A stretch of 64,000 bases of DNA from an uncultured Acidobacteriota bacterium (GCA_963761615.1 CAVXGU010000003.1:2657336-2721335); one strand, 5' to 3'; shown: positions 8,960 through 18,958, counted from the stretch's first letter. The notes: generated by a model from the sequence alone, not told the origin. Translations and numbers: made by a program.

Positions 8960-10114
8960 CTACACGAAAACCATCATGACTTCGTTCGCGACCAGCATGC
9001 CCCGCCGGGTGAGGCGCAGCCGGTCATCGCCGTGCACCAGCCATCCCCCCTCCACAAACGGTTGCAGGTCCGCACCGTGCCGGCGCCACACGTCCACGCC
9101 GTAGCGGTCCCGCAACCCGGCCAGGTCCACGCCGTCGGTCAGGCGGAGCCCCGTGAAGAGGGCCTCCCCCAGGCGCTCGTCGGCCCCCAGAGGCCGCACG
9201 TCGATGCCGACCGCCTCGCCGCGCCCCACGCGGGCGATGTACTCGTCGGTGGCGGCCACGTTCTTCCATCTGACACCGTCCAGCGTCGAATGGGCTCCGC
9301 ATCCCAGGCCGATCCACTCCCCGTCCTCCCAGTACTTCAGATTGTGCCGGGACCGGCGGCCCGGACGCGCGACGTTGGAGATCTCGTACTGCGCGTAGCC
9401 CGCCCGGTCCAGCCGGTCCAGGGCGCGAAGGTACATTTCCGTCGCCTCCTCGTCCGGCGCCTGTGCCCACGCCGCCCGCGCCATCTCCTCCCGAAGCGGC
9501 GCGTTCGGGTACAGCTCCAGGAGGTAGAGCGACAGGTGTTCAGGGGCGAGATCGATGGCCGTCTCCACCGACTCGAGCCACTGATCGGCACGCTGTCCCG
9601 GCAACCACATCATCAGGTCGAGACTGAGGTTGTCGAACCCCGCCTCGCGCGCCTCGACGACCGCCGCCCGGGCCCGCCCGGCGCTGTGGAGCCGCGACAG
9701 CCGCCTCAGCTCCTCGTCCCGGAAGGACTGGACGCCGAAGCTCAGACGGGTGACGCCGGCCGCACGGTACGCCGCCAAGCGTTCGGACGTCACGGTCTCC
9801 GGATTGGCCTCCATCGTGACTTCGGCGTCGGCCGACACGGCGAAGTGCGCGCGGCAGGCGCCGATCAACCCGGCGATCTCCGAGGGCTCGAGCAGGGACG
9901 GCGTGCCTCCGCCGAAGTAGATCGTGTCGGCGGCGCGCCCCCGGGCGGCGTGCCCGGCGATCTCCCGCTCGAGCGCGGCGACGTACCGGACCTTGAGCCC
10001 GTCATCCATGAGGCCGCGGTTGAAGTTGCAGTAATTGCAGATGGCCGAACAGAAGGGCACGTGCAGGTACAGGCCGGGCACGGGGTGGGGGGGGATTGAG
10101 GGTTCGGGGGGCAT
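8960..10114 (-). CDS. hemW: radical SAM family heme chaperone HemW (HemN-like, oxygen-independent coproporphyrinogen oxidase family)
   Basis: LYLHVPFCSAICNYCNFN carries the CxxxCxxC radical-SAM cluster motif. IYFGGGTPS is present, and the C-terminal part is HemN_C-like. Confidence 0.9.
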   Translation of the reverse strand: MPPEPSIPPHPVPGLYLHVPFCSAICNYCNFNRGLMDDGLKVRYVAALEREIAGHAARGRAADTIYFGGGTPSLLEPSEIAGLIGACRAHFAVSADAEVTMEANPETVTSERLAAYRAAGVTRLSFGVQSFRDEELRRLSRLHSAGRARAAVVEAREAGFDNLSLDLMMWLPGQRADQWLESVETAIDLAPEHLSLYLLELYPNAPLREEMARAAWAQAPDEEATEMYLRALDRLDRAGYAQYEISNVARPGRRSRHNLKYWEDGEWIGLGCGAHSTLDGVRWKNVAATDEYIARVGRGEAVGIDVRPLGADERLGEALFTGLRLTDGVDLAGLRDRYGVDVWRRHGADLQPFVEGGWLVHGDDRLRLTRRGMLVANEVMMVFV

Positions 10115-10148
10115 GGGGACGGGTGGAGTGGTGTGGTGCAGTGGGGGT

Positions 10149-10223
10149 GATGTGGTGATGCGGTAATGGGGCGAGGGATGGGCGCCGTCAGGGCATGACG
10201 CTCCACCGCCCCGTCACCACATC
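10149..10223 (-). other. long-range hairpin immediately after the DnaC-like stop, in the hemW leader
   Basis: The 10-nt arms gatgtggtga (10149..10158) and tcaccacatc (10214..10223) are perfect reverse complements. Inner pairs include CGTCA/TGACG and GGGGCG/CGCCCC. Confidence 0.5.
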
Positions 10224-11072
10224 CTAGGACCCCGCCCTGCCTCCCGGCCACTTCAGGTCGGCCTTCCCGTCGCGCATTTCGGCCTTGGCCTGGCGCGTCG
10301 TCCGGCCCGGCAGCGTCTTGTCGCGGGGCTTCAGCTTCCAGAGGCGCCACAGGTCTTCGTCGGTCGCGTTGGCCGGCTTGTCGGTGTCGCGGAAATCGGC
10401 GGCGTCGACCTCGACAATGGCGCACATCTCGTGCAGGCGGGACCGCATGCGGAAGCCGATGCGGCCCAGGAGCGAATTCGGATCCGTCTGATCCGGGACG
10501 TCCGAGTAGTTCGACGTGAAGAGCGTGAGTCGCCGCTGGTTGTACCGCGTGTTCACGATCAGGTTCATCGTCTCTTCGACCCAGTCGGTCGGCCGCTCGG
10601 CGCCAAGGTCGTCGAGGACGAGGAGCTCCGCCTCCATCACGGGCCGGATCACGCTCACCTCGCTGGTCCGGACGACGGGGTCGTAGGTGCTGCGGATCGT
10701 CCGCAGCAGGTCCCGGGTGTCGCAGAAGAGGCCGGTGGCGCCGGTGCGGGCGATCGCCTCGCGGAGGATGCCCACCGCGATGTGCGTCTTCCCGACACCG
10801 GCCGGGCCGAGGAGCAGGAGCCCTCGCTCGGACGAAGGAAACGCGTCGAGAAACCGGCGGCCGGCGGCGACGGCCGCGACGAGCGACGGATTGTAGACCT
10901 GGAAATTGTCGAGCGTGCAGTGCCGGTAGCGGGCCGGGATCGACGCGCCCGCCAGGTGCTCCGACGCGACGCGCGCGCGCCAGCAGTCGCAGCGCGCCAC
11001 CCGGCGCGGGCCGGAGCCGGATGGATCGTCGACCGGCTTCCAGCCGGTGTCATCGCAGTACGGGCATGCCAT
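10224..11072 (-). CDS. DnaC/DnaI/IstB-like AAA+ ATPase with N-terminal zinc-ribbon
   Basis: The start is MACPYCDDTGW...CDCW (Cys4 cluster). It has a Walker A motif LLLLGPAGVGKTHIA and a Walker B motif LLVLDDLG. The ATG at 11072 is preferred to the TTG at 11102. Confidence 0.75.
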   Translation of the reverse strand: MACPYCDDTGWKPVDDPSGSGPRRVARCDCWRARVASEHLAGASIPARYRHCTLDNFQVYNPSLVAAVAAGRRFLDAFPSSERGLLLLGPAGVGKTHIAVGILREAIARTGATGLFCDTRDLLRTIRSTYDPVVRTSEVSVIRPVMEAELLVLDDLGAERPTDWVEETMNLIVNTRYNQRRLTLFTSNYSDVPDQTDPNSLLGRIGFRMRSRLHEMCAIVEVDAADFRDTDKPANATDEDLWRLWKLKPRDKTLPGRTTRQAKAEMRDGKADLKWPGGRAGS

Positions 11073-11171
11073 GTTCAGTGGAGGTGCACGAAGAGAATAC
11101 AACGAACGACGAGGCGGCGGAACGGCGGCACGCAGGAATCGGGGCGCGCAGACAACGACCGAGAGGCCGCG

Positions 11172-11612
<441 letters not shown>

Positions 11613-11618
11613 CGCGTC

Positions 11619-12744
11619 CTAGCCGGTCGGTCCGGTCTTCCCCGCCGCCCCGGCGTCCAGCAGGTTACGGCGCACGTCCTCGTGGTTGATGCGGCCGAAT
11701 TCGCGCAGCAGTTCCTTTGAGCGCTCGTCGAGAAGCCGCGGCAGCACGAGCCGGACCTCGACGACCAGGTCGCCACGGCGGCCGTCGCGCGGCGACGGCA
11801 GGCCCCGTTCGCGGATCCGGAACCGCTGGCCCGACTGCGTGCCGGGCGGCACGCGCAGGCGGGCCGTGCCGTCCGGCGCCGGCACCTCGACCTTCGCCCC
11901 GAGCGCCGCCTCGTGCACCGCGACCGGCACGACGATCCGAAGATCGTCGCCGTCCCGCTGGAAGACGGGATGCGCCGCCACGTGGATCGTGATGTAGAGG
12001 TCGCCGGGCTCACCGCCGTTGCGGCCCGCGTGGCCCTTGCCCGGCACGCGGACGCGGGCGCCGTCGGCGAGGCCGGGAGGCACGTTCACCGAGAGGTTCT
12101 CCACCCGCGTCTCGACCTGCTGGCCGCCGCACTGGATGCACGGCTTCTGGCGCTCGGCGCCCGTGCCGCCGCAGTGCGGGCACGGCTTGGAGAACACCAT
12201 GTGCCCCCGCGCCGACCGGAGGGTGCCCGTGCCGTGGCAGCGCGGACAGACCGCCTCGGCAACCGGAAGCGCGCCAGAGCCACCGCAGACGCGGCAGCGC
12301 TCCTGGCGCGTCACGGTCAGCATCCACTGCCCCCCGCGAATCGACTCGTCGAAGCGGATCGTCAGCGCCTGGTGCAGGTCGGCGCCCCGGACCGGCTCGG
12401 AGACCGGCGCCCCGGCGTGGCGCTCGCGGAGGACGTCGGCGAACAGGTCGCCGAACGTCGAGGCCGCCGCCCCGCTCGCGCTCGCCGAGAAGTCGAAGCC
12501 CTCGAAGCCGAACGCCGTCGGCCCCGGCGCGTCCCGCCGCGAGCCCGCGTCGTACCGCTTGCGGCGATCGGGATCGCTCAGCGTCTCGTAGGCCTCGGCG
12601 ATCTGGCGGAACTGCGCCGCCGCGCGCCGGTCTCCCGGGTTGATGTCGGGATGACACTGACGCGCGAGACGGCGGTACGCCCGCTTGATCTCCTCCGCGG
12701 TCGCCCGCTCGATCCACGCCGAGGATGATGTACAGGTCGATCAT
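11619..12744 (-). pseudogene. dnaJ: molecular chaperone DnaJ, interrupted by an apparent +1 frameshift in the J-domain
   Basis: MIDLYIILGVDRA is in one frame. TAEEIKRAYRRLARQCHPDINPGD (HPD motif), four CxxCxG zinc-finger repeats and the C-terminal domains are in the next frame. The switch is at the CCC run 12704..12706, and the second frame has TGA TGA upstream. Confidence 0.8.
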
Positions 12745-12756
12745 CACACCGGCGAG

Positions 12757-14685
12757 CTAGTTGCCCTTCCCCTCGTCGACGACTTCGGCGTCGATGACGT
12801 CGCCCTTCGGCGTCTCGCCACCGCCGGTCGAGGCGGCTCCGGGCCCGGAGGACGCGCCGCCGCCCGGCTCCGACGGCCCGGCGCTGGCGCTCTGTCGATA
12901 GAGCGCCTCGGCGGCCTTGTGCTGGGCCTGAGTGAGCTCGTCGAGCGCCCGCTGCACGGCGGCCGAGTCGCCGCCCTCGTTGGCGGTCTTGGCGCGCTCG
13001 ATGGCCGACTCCACCGCCTGCCGCTCGGCGGCGGGCAGCTTGTCGCCGGCATCCTGGATCATCCGCTCGGCGGCGTAGACGGCCTGGTCGGCGCGGTTCC
13101 GCGCCTCGATCTCCTCGCGCCGCTTGCGATCCTCGTCGGCGTGCGACTCGGCCTCCTTCATCATCCGATCGACTTCGTCCTTGCTGAGGCCGCTCGAGGA
13201 CGTGATCGTGATCTTCTGCTCCTTGCCGGTGCCGAGGTCCTTGGCCGACACGTTCACGATGCCGTTGGCGTCGATGTCGAACGTGACTTCGATCTGCGGC
13301 ACGCCGCGCGGGGCCGGCGGGAGACCCACCAGGTGGAACTTGCCGAGCGTGCGGTTGTCGCGCGCCAGGGAGCGCTCGCCCTGGAGCACGTGCACCTCGA
13401 CGCTCGTCTGGCTGTCGGAGGCCGTCGAGAAGATCTCGCTCTTGCGCGTCGGGATGGTCGTGTTGCGCGAGATGAGCGTCGTCATCACGCCGCCCATCGT
13501 CTCGATGCCCAGCGACAGCGGCGTCACGTCGAGGAGCAGGAGGTCCTTGACGTCGCCCGCGAGCACGCCGGCCTGGACCGCCGCGCCGACGGCGACCACC
13601 TCGTCCGGATTCACGCCCTTGTGGGGTTCGCGCCCGAACAGCTCCTTGACAATCGCCTGCACCTTCGGGATGCGCGTCGAGCCGCCGACCAGGACGACCT
13701 CGTCGATCTTGGACAGGTCGACGCCGGCGTCGCTCAGCGCCTGCTTGGTCGGCGCGACGGTCCGTTGCAGCAGGTCGTCGACGAGCTGCTCGAACTTCGC
13801 GCGCGTGAGCTTCATCTGCAGGTGCTTGGGCCCGGTCTGGTCGGCGGTGATGAACGGCAGGCTGATGTCGGTCTCGAGCACGGTCGAGAGCTCCATCTTC
13901 GCCTTCTCCGCCGCCTCCTTCAGGCGCTGCAGCGCCATCCGGTCCTTGCCGAGATCGATGCCGTCGGTCTTCTTGAACTCCGCGATGATCCAGTCGATGA
14001 TGCGCTGGTCGAGGTTGTCGCCGCCGAGGTGGGTGTCCCCGTTGGTCGCCTTCACCTCGACGACGCCCTCGCCCACCTCCAGGATCGAGATGTCGAAGGT
14101 GCCGCCGCCGAAGTCGTAGACGGCGATCGTCTCGTCCTTCTTCTTGTCGAGGCCGTACGCCAGGGCGGCCGCCGTCGGCTCGTTGACGATGCGCATCACC
14201 TCGAGGCCGGCGATCTGGCCGGCGTCCTTGGTCGCCTGGCGCTGGGCGTCGTTGAAGTAGGCCGGCACGGTGATGACCGCCTTGGTGACGGGCTGGCCCA
14301 GATACTCCTCCGCGGCCTGCTTCAGCTTCTGCAGCACCATCGCCGAGATCTCCGGCGGCGAGAGCTGCTTGTCCTGGGCCTGCACGCGCACGTCGCCGTT
14401 GCTGGCGCGGAGCACGCGATAGGGCACCATCTTCATCTCCTCGCTGACCTCGTCGTACTTGCGGCCCATGAACCGCTTGATCGAGAAGATGGTGTTCTCG
14501 GGATTGGTCACCGCCTGGCGCTTCGCCACCTGGCCGACGAGTCGCTCGCCCGTCTTGGCAAAGGCCACGACCGACGGCGTCAGTCGGCTCCCTTCCGGGT
14601 TGGTGATGACGACGGGCTCGCCGCCTTCCATGACGGCCACAACAGAATTGGTGGTGCCCAGGTCGATGCCGATGATTTTGCTCAT
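12757..14685 (-). CDS. dnaK: molecular chaperone DnaK (Hsp70)
   Basis: 642 aa with [20 protein letters not shown] and [13 protein letters not shown], the canonical Hsp70 signatures. Confidence 0.98.
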   Translation of the reverse strand: MSKIIGIDLGTTNSVVAVMEGGEPVVITNPEGSRLTPSVVAFAKTGERLVGQVAKRQAVTNPENTIFSIKRFMGRKYDEVSEEMKMVPYRVLRASNGDVRVQAQDKQLSPPEISAMVLQKLKQAAEEYLGQPVTKAVITVPAYFNDAQRQATKDAGQIAGLEVMRIVNEPTAAALAYGLDKKKDETIAVYDFGGGTFDISILEVGEGVVEVKATNGDTHLGGDNLDQRIIDWIIAEFKKTDGIDLGKDRMALQRLKEAAEKAKMELSTVLETDISLPFITADQTGPKHLQMKLTRAKFEQLVDDLLQRTVAPTKQALSDAGVDLSKIDEVVLVGGSTRIPKVQAIVKELFGREPHKGVNPDEVVAVGAAVQAGVLAGDVKDLLLLDVTPLSLGIETMGGVMTTLISRNTTIPTRKSEIFSTASDSQTSVEVHVLQGERSLARDNRTLGKFHLVGLPPAPRGVPQIEVTFDIDANGIVNVSAKDLGTGKEQKITITSSSGLSKDEVDRMMKEAESHADEDRKRREEIEARNRADQAVYAAERMIQDAGDKLPAAERQAVESAIERAKTANEGGDSAAVQRALDELTQAQHKAAEALYRQSASAGPSEPGGGASSGPGAASTGGGETPKGDVIDAEVVDEGKGN

Positions 14686-14744
14686 TGGAGTCCTCGTGAG
14701 CGCGTCTCGAGCGCCCGTCCCCGTTCAGGATTGATATCAGATGA

Positions 14745-14773
14745 AGTATAAAAGTTGAGTATGCTCAACGCAA
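14745..14773 (-). promoter_or_regulatory. putative sigma70-type dnaK promoter
   Basis: The reverse strand reads TTGCGT (14773..14768), a 17-nt spacer, then TATACT (14750..14745). It lies about 60 nt upstream of the dnaK ATG, which has a GAGGA SD. Confidence 0.55.
14754..14769. promoter_or_regulatory. perfect inverted repeat GTTGAG-N4-CTCAAC in the dnaK promoter spacer (candidate HspR operator)
   Basis: The sequence is gttgagtatgctcaac. The half-sites resemble the HAIR half-site TTGAGT/ACTCAA, but the spacing differs from CTTGAGT-N7-ACTCAAG. Confidence 0.45.
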
Positions 14774-14854
14774 GTGCGACCGTAAGTCGTTGTAAAATCG
14801 GCGTGCTATACTCGAATTGTCAGTCACGCCTGTCTGAAGCTCTTGGGTGACGCC

Positions 14855-16450
14855 ATGGTTCGCCGCGTTCGGCTCACGGGACGGGTACTGGTCCTGTCGG
14901 CCTCGGTCGCGCTGCTCCCGACGGCCGCCCGTGCCCAGGACGTTCCCCCGCCGTATGTCGCGGTGCTCGACGGCCAGGCGTCGCTCATCCACGGCGACCA
15001 GTCCGACAACATCTTCGTCAACGCACCGCTCGTCGCCGGCGACCGGCTGGAGACGGCGAGCGGCCGCGTCGACATCCTGTTTCCCGACGGCACCACGCTG
15101 GACCTCGACGAATCATCCCGACTCGATATCGAGTCGCCGACGCTCTTCCGCCTGATGGCCGGACAGCTGCTCCTGACCGTGGGCGGCGTCCCGGGCGCGG
15201 CGCGCGGCGTGCCCTACCAGGTCGACACGCCGCAGGCGAGCATCGCCACCGCGGGTCCCGGGGCGTACCGGGTCTCCGCGATGCCGTATGCCGACGGTCC
15301 GCTCACCCAGCTCGCGGTCCTGCGGGGCACGGCGACACTCGCCACAGACCGCGGCAGCGTGCGCGTCGACGCCGGCCGCCTCAGCCTGGCGGGCGACCAT
15401 GATCAGCCGTCGATGCCGCAGCCGTTCAACACCGCACGCGTCGACGCCTTCGACCGCTGGACGGCCTCGATTCGCGACAGCCGCGTCGCGACGGCGAGCG
15501 CGCGACGGTACCTGCCTCCGGAGCTCCAGATCTACGGGAGCGTCCTCGACCGCAACGGCGACTGGCGGTACCTCTCGCCGTACGGCTACGTCTGGTACCC
15601 GCGCGTCGTGTCGACGTGGCGGCCGTACTACTTCGGCCGCTGGGCGCCCTATCCGGGATACGGCTGGACGTGGATCGGCACGACGATCTGGAGCTGGCCG
15701 ACACACCACTACGGCCGCTGGGGCTTCACGGCCGGCTCGTGGTTCTGGATTCCCGATCGCCGCTGGGGGCCGGGCTGGGTGTCCTGGGCATCCGCGCCCG
15801 GCTACGTCGGCTGGTCGCCGCTCGGGTTCGACGGCTCGCCGGTCTTCGCGCTGACGGCCAGCCTCGCCATCGTCCAGCCCGATACGGGCTGGGTGTTCGT
15901 CGCGTCGGACCACTTCGGCCGGGCGTGGTACGCGGACCGGTTCGCCGTCGCGCCGCGCTCCCTGCCGCGCGGTGCCCGCTTCGTCGCGCGGAACGACGCG
16001 CCCGTGCGACTGCCCTCGCGACCGGAGCCACCGTCGCGCGTCGGCATCCACGCCGGGCCGCCGACGGGCCTCCGATCGCCGGGTGGCGTGCACGCCATCG
16101 AGCGCGGTCCGGTCGGCGGGGCGCCGGGAGGCGCGCCGCCAGGCGACGGCTCACGGCGCCAGCGCCAGCTCGCGCCCGCCCCAGGCTTCCGCGGACCGCA
16201 GACGGCCCAGCCGCGATTCGAGGTCGGAGGCCCCGACGGGCGGCGTGGGTCTGCCGACGAGAACCGACAGCCCGGCATCGGGAGCCCGGCACCGCCGCGC
16301 CGCGAGCCAGGGGCCCGGCCCGACCGCGCCGCGCCGCGCGCGACGCCGCACGACGATGCCGCTCCGCCGTCGTCGCACGAGGAACGGGCCGCTCCCAAGC
16401 GCGGCGGGTCCGACCGCGGCAACGGGAAAGCCCGGCCGCGGCCTCAGTAA
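14855..16450 (+). CDS. exported FecR-like domain protein with Trp/Tyr/Gly-rich repeat region and Arg/Pro-rich tail
   Basis: The ATG at 14855 gives MVRRVRLTGRVLVLSASVALLPTAARAQD (signal peptide). GDRLETASGRVDILFPDGTTLDLDESS is FecR-like. YGYVWYP...GYGWTWIG...WFWIPDRRWGPGWVSW is an aromatic repeat region. Confidence 0.7.
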   Translation: MVRRVRLTGRVLVLSASVALLPTAARAQDVPPPYVAVLDGQASLIHGDQSDNIFVNAPLVAGDRLETASGRVDILFPDGTTLDLDESSRLDIESPTLFRLMAGQLLLTVGGVPGAARGVPYQVDTPQASIATAGPGAYRVSAMPYADGPLTQLAVLRGTATLATDRGSVRVDAGRLSLAGDHDQPSMPQPFNTARVDAFDRWTASIRDSRVATASARRYLPPELQIYGSVLDRNGDWRYLSPYGYVWYPRVVSTWRPYYFGRWAPYPGYGWTWIGTTIWSWPTHHYGRWGFTAGSWFWIPDRRWGPGWVSWASAPGYVGWSPLGFDGSPVFALTASLAIVQPDTGWVFVASDHFGRAWYADRFAVAPRSLPRGARFVARNDAPVRLPSRPEPPSRVGIHAGPPTGLRSPGGVHAIERGPVGGAPGGAPPGDGSRRQRQLAPAPGFRGPQTAQPRFEVGGPDGRRGSADENRQPGIGSPAPPRREPGARPDRAAPRATPHDDAAPPSSHEERAAPKRGGSDRGNGKARPRPQ

Positions 16451-16555
16451 ACGGACGGGCTCGCTCGGGCTCCGGACTCGTCGCGGCCGCACCGGGATGG
16501 CGGACTCGCCGGAAGCCTCGCGCCCGAAGGCCGGAGCCTTTGGTACACTACCGGC

Positions 16556-18898
16556 GTGGCGCGCTACGTGGTCAGGTTCGCCCGCACGGCGGTCATCGTC
16601 GCCTTGTTCGTCGTGGCGGCGCTGCTCGGCATCGCGAGCGGCGTGCTCTTCGCGTACGCGGGCGACGTCCCGGAGATCGCGACCCTCGACAACTACGCGC
16701 CCAACACGATCACCCGGGTCCTCGGGGCCGACGGGCAGCCGATCGGCGAGTTCTCGGTGGAACGCCGGCTCGTCGTGGGCTATGACGACATCTCTCCGTG
16801 GCTTCGCGAAGCGCTGATCGCCGCCGAGGACAAGGGCTTCAACTCGCACTTCGGCGTCAGCGTGACCAGCATCGCCGCCCGGGCGGTGCGCGACGTGCTC
16901 GAGGAGCTCGAGGACATCGTGACGGGCCGGAAGACGCGGCCGTACGGCGGCAGCACCATCACCCAGCAGCTGGCGCGGGCGGTGTTCGCGAAGGACATCG
17001 GCTTCCGGCTCGGCGACACCAGCATCGAACGCAAGATCAAGGAAGCGATCGTCGCGATCGAGATCGAGAAGCGCTACACGAAGCCGGAGATTCTGACCTT
17101 CTACGCCAACCAGGTGCCCTTCGGCCACGGCGCCTACGGGGTGGAGTCGGCGGCCCGGATGTACTTCGGCAAGCACGCGAAGGATCTCGACCTGGAGGAG
17201 GCCGCGCTGCTCGCCGGCATCATCCAGGGACCGGCGCGCCTGAGCCCGTTCGTCAACATGGACGCCGCGTTGAACCGCCGCGCGTACGTGCTGCAGAACA
17301 TGGTCGAGACGGGCTACATCACGCAGGCCCAGGCCGACGCGGCCAAGAAGCGCCCGGTCCAACTCAACGCGGCACCGCACCCCGATCAGGGCAGCGACAT
17401 CGCGCCGTTCTTCGTCGAGGAGGTCCGCCAGCACCTCGAGGAGAAGTACGGTGCCAAGGCCCTTTACGAGAACGGCCTGGTCGTCACGACCACCCTGGAC
17501 GCCAATCTGCAGAAGGCGGCCAACGAGGCGGTCGATGCCGGCCTCCGCCGGATCGACAAGCGCCGGGGGTGGCGTCACCCCGCGGAGAACGTCCTTGCGG
17601 GCGGCAAGTCGATCGACGCGTACCACGACGATCGCTGGGACCTGCCGATCAACAAGGGCGACATCGTGCCCGCGGTGGTCGAGGCGATCGGCACGCCGGC
17701 GTCCCCGAGCGGGGCGCGGCTGCGCATCGGCCAGTACTACGCCGATCTGGAGCGGCCCGGGTTCGCCTGGACGGGGCGGACGATGGCCTCGAGGCTCTTC
17801 AAGGTCGGCGATCTGATCCAGGTCGCCATCACCGACATCGATCCGGCGACGGGCAAGGCGTCGGTCACCCTCGAGCAGACGCCCCAGGTCGAAGGCGCCC
17901 TGCTCGCCATCGACAACCGGACCGGACAGATCCGCGCGATGGTGGGCGGCTACAGCTTCGACCGCAGCAAGTTCAACCGCGCGGTGCAGGCCTACCGCCA
18001 GATCGGGTCCACCTTCAAGCCGATCATCTACACGGCGGCGATCGATCGCGGCTACACGCCGGTCTCGATCATCGTGGACGAGCCGACGCAGTGGACGCTG
18101 CCGAACGGCGACGTCTACGCCCCGCAGAACTACGAGCTGGACTTTCTGGGGCCCATCACGCTGCGCTTCGCGCTGGAGCACTCCCGGAACGTCGCCGCCG
18201 TGAAGATGATGGACACGCTCGGCCCGGAGACGGTGCTCGGCTACGCGAAGCGATTCGGGCTCACGGAGAACTTCCCGCCGTACCTGTCGATCGCGCTCGG
18301 CGCGGGCGACGCCACGCTGCTCGAGATGACCAGCGCCTACACCACCTTCCCGAACGGCGGCGTCCGCATGACGCCGACCTCCATCCTCTCGGTGCGCGAT
18401 CGCGACGGGAACCTGCTGGAGCAGGCCCGCTCCGAGGCCCACGACGTGATTCCGGCCGACACCGCCTACGTGATGACGAGCCTGCTCGAAGGCGTCGTGC
18501 AGCGGGGTACGGGCGCCGCGGCGGCGAGCCTCGGCTGGCCGCTGGCCGGGAAGACGGGCACGGTCAACGACAACACGGACGCCTGGTTCATCGGGTTCGA
18601 TCCGAACATCACCGTCGGCGTGTGGGTGGGGCTCGACGAGAAGAAGCCGATCGGCGTCGGCGAAACGGGCGCCGTCGCCGCGCTCCCGATCTGGATGGAC
18701 TTCATCAAGGCGTACATCCAGAGCCAGCCCGATCCGAGCGATCCGCCCAAGTTCAACGTCCCGGGCAACATCGTCTTCGTACCCGTCGACGAGCAGACGG
18801 GCGCCCTCCGCCCGGAGGGCATGCCGGGTTCGATCGTCGAGACGTTCATCTCGGGCACCCAGCCGGGCGCCGGCATCGCCGCCGGCCTGCTGCACTAG
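16556..18898 (+). CDS. mrcA: penicillin-binding protein 1A (bifunctional glycosyltransferase/transpeptidase)
   Basis: It has the GT51 motifs EDKGFNSHFG and GGSTITQQLAR, and the transpeptidase motifs IGSTFKP, SRN and KTGT. Confidence 0.93.
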   Translation: MARYVVRFARTAVIVALFVVAALLGIASGVLFAYAGDVPEIATLDNYAPNTITRVLGADGQPIGEFSVERRLVVGYDDISPWLREALIAAEDKGFNSHFGVSVTSIAARAVRDVLEELEDIVTGRKTRPYGGSTITQQLARAVFAKDIGFRLGDTSIERKIKEAIVAIEIEKRYTKPEILTFYANQVPFGHGAYGVESAARMYFGKHAKDLDLEEAALLAGIIQGPARLSPFVNMDAALNRRAYVLQNMVETGYITQAQADAAKKRPVQLNAAPHPDQGSDIAPFFVEEVRQHLEEKYGAKALYENGLVVTTTLDANLQKAANEAVDAGLRRIDKRRGWRHPAENVLAGGKSIDAYHDDRWDLPINKGDIVPAVVEAIGTPASPSGARLRIGQYYADLERPGFAWTGRTMASRLFKVGDLIQVAITDIDPATGKASVTLEQTPQVEGALLAIDNRTGQIRAMVGGYSFDRSKFNRAVQAYRQIGSTFKPIIYTAAIDRGYTPVSIIVDEPTQWTLPNGDVYAPQNYELDFLGPITLRFALEHSRNVAAVKMMDTLGPETVLGYAKRFGLTENFPPYLSIALGAGDATLLEMTSAYTTFPNGGVRMTPTSILSVRDRDGNLLEQARSEAHDVIPADTAYVMTSLLEGVVQRGTGAAAASLGWPLAGKTGTVNDNTDAWFIGFDPNITVGVWVGLDEKKPIGVGETGAVAALPIWMDFIKAYIQSQPDPSDPPKFNVPGNIVFVPVDEQTGALRPEGMPGSIVETFISGTQPGAGIAAGLLH

Positions 18899-18906
18899 AG
18901 CGTTTT

Positions 18907-18956
18907 CGAGATCGACGTCGCCCCGAGATCGGTGCCGCCCGAGATCGGTGTACCCG
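18907..18956. repeat. three tandem 16-17-nt repeats (cgagatcgGTGccgcc-like)
   Basis: The units are cgagatcgacgtcgccc / cgagatcggtgccgcc / cgagatcggtgtacccg. They lie directly after the PBP1A stop. Confidence 0.7.
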
Positions 18957-18958
18957 CG

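Noticed and set aside
10224-11072. IS21-type IstB helper as evidence of a mobile element
   Set aside because: There is no IstA transposase, no inverted repeats and no target duplication nearby. The gene sits inside a housekeeping operon and carries a DnaI-like zinc ribbon, so a helicase-loader-type role is more likely.
12685-14751. 688-aa plus-strand ORF
   Set aside because: It is antisense to dnaK. Its low-complexity L/G/R/D/A translation has no motifs.
14686-14842. CIRCE element (TTAGCACTC-N9-GAGTGCTAA) upstream of dnaK
   Set aside because: It is not present. Only an isolated TAGCAC is seen. The operon encodes HspR rather than HrcA, which is consistent with a HAIR-type operator.
18907-18956. 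Possible mini-CRISPR array
   Set aside because: There are only three contiguous 16-17-nt units with no spacers and no cas genes nearby. This is a simple tandem repeat.
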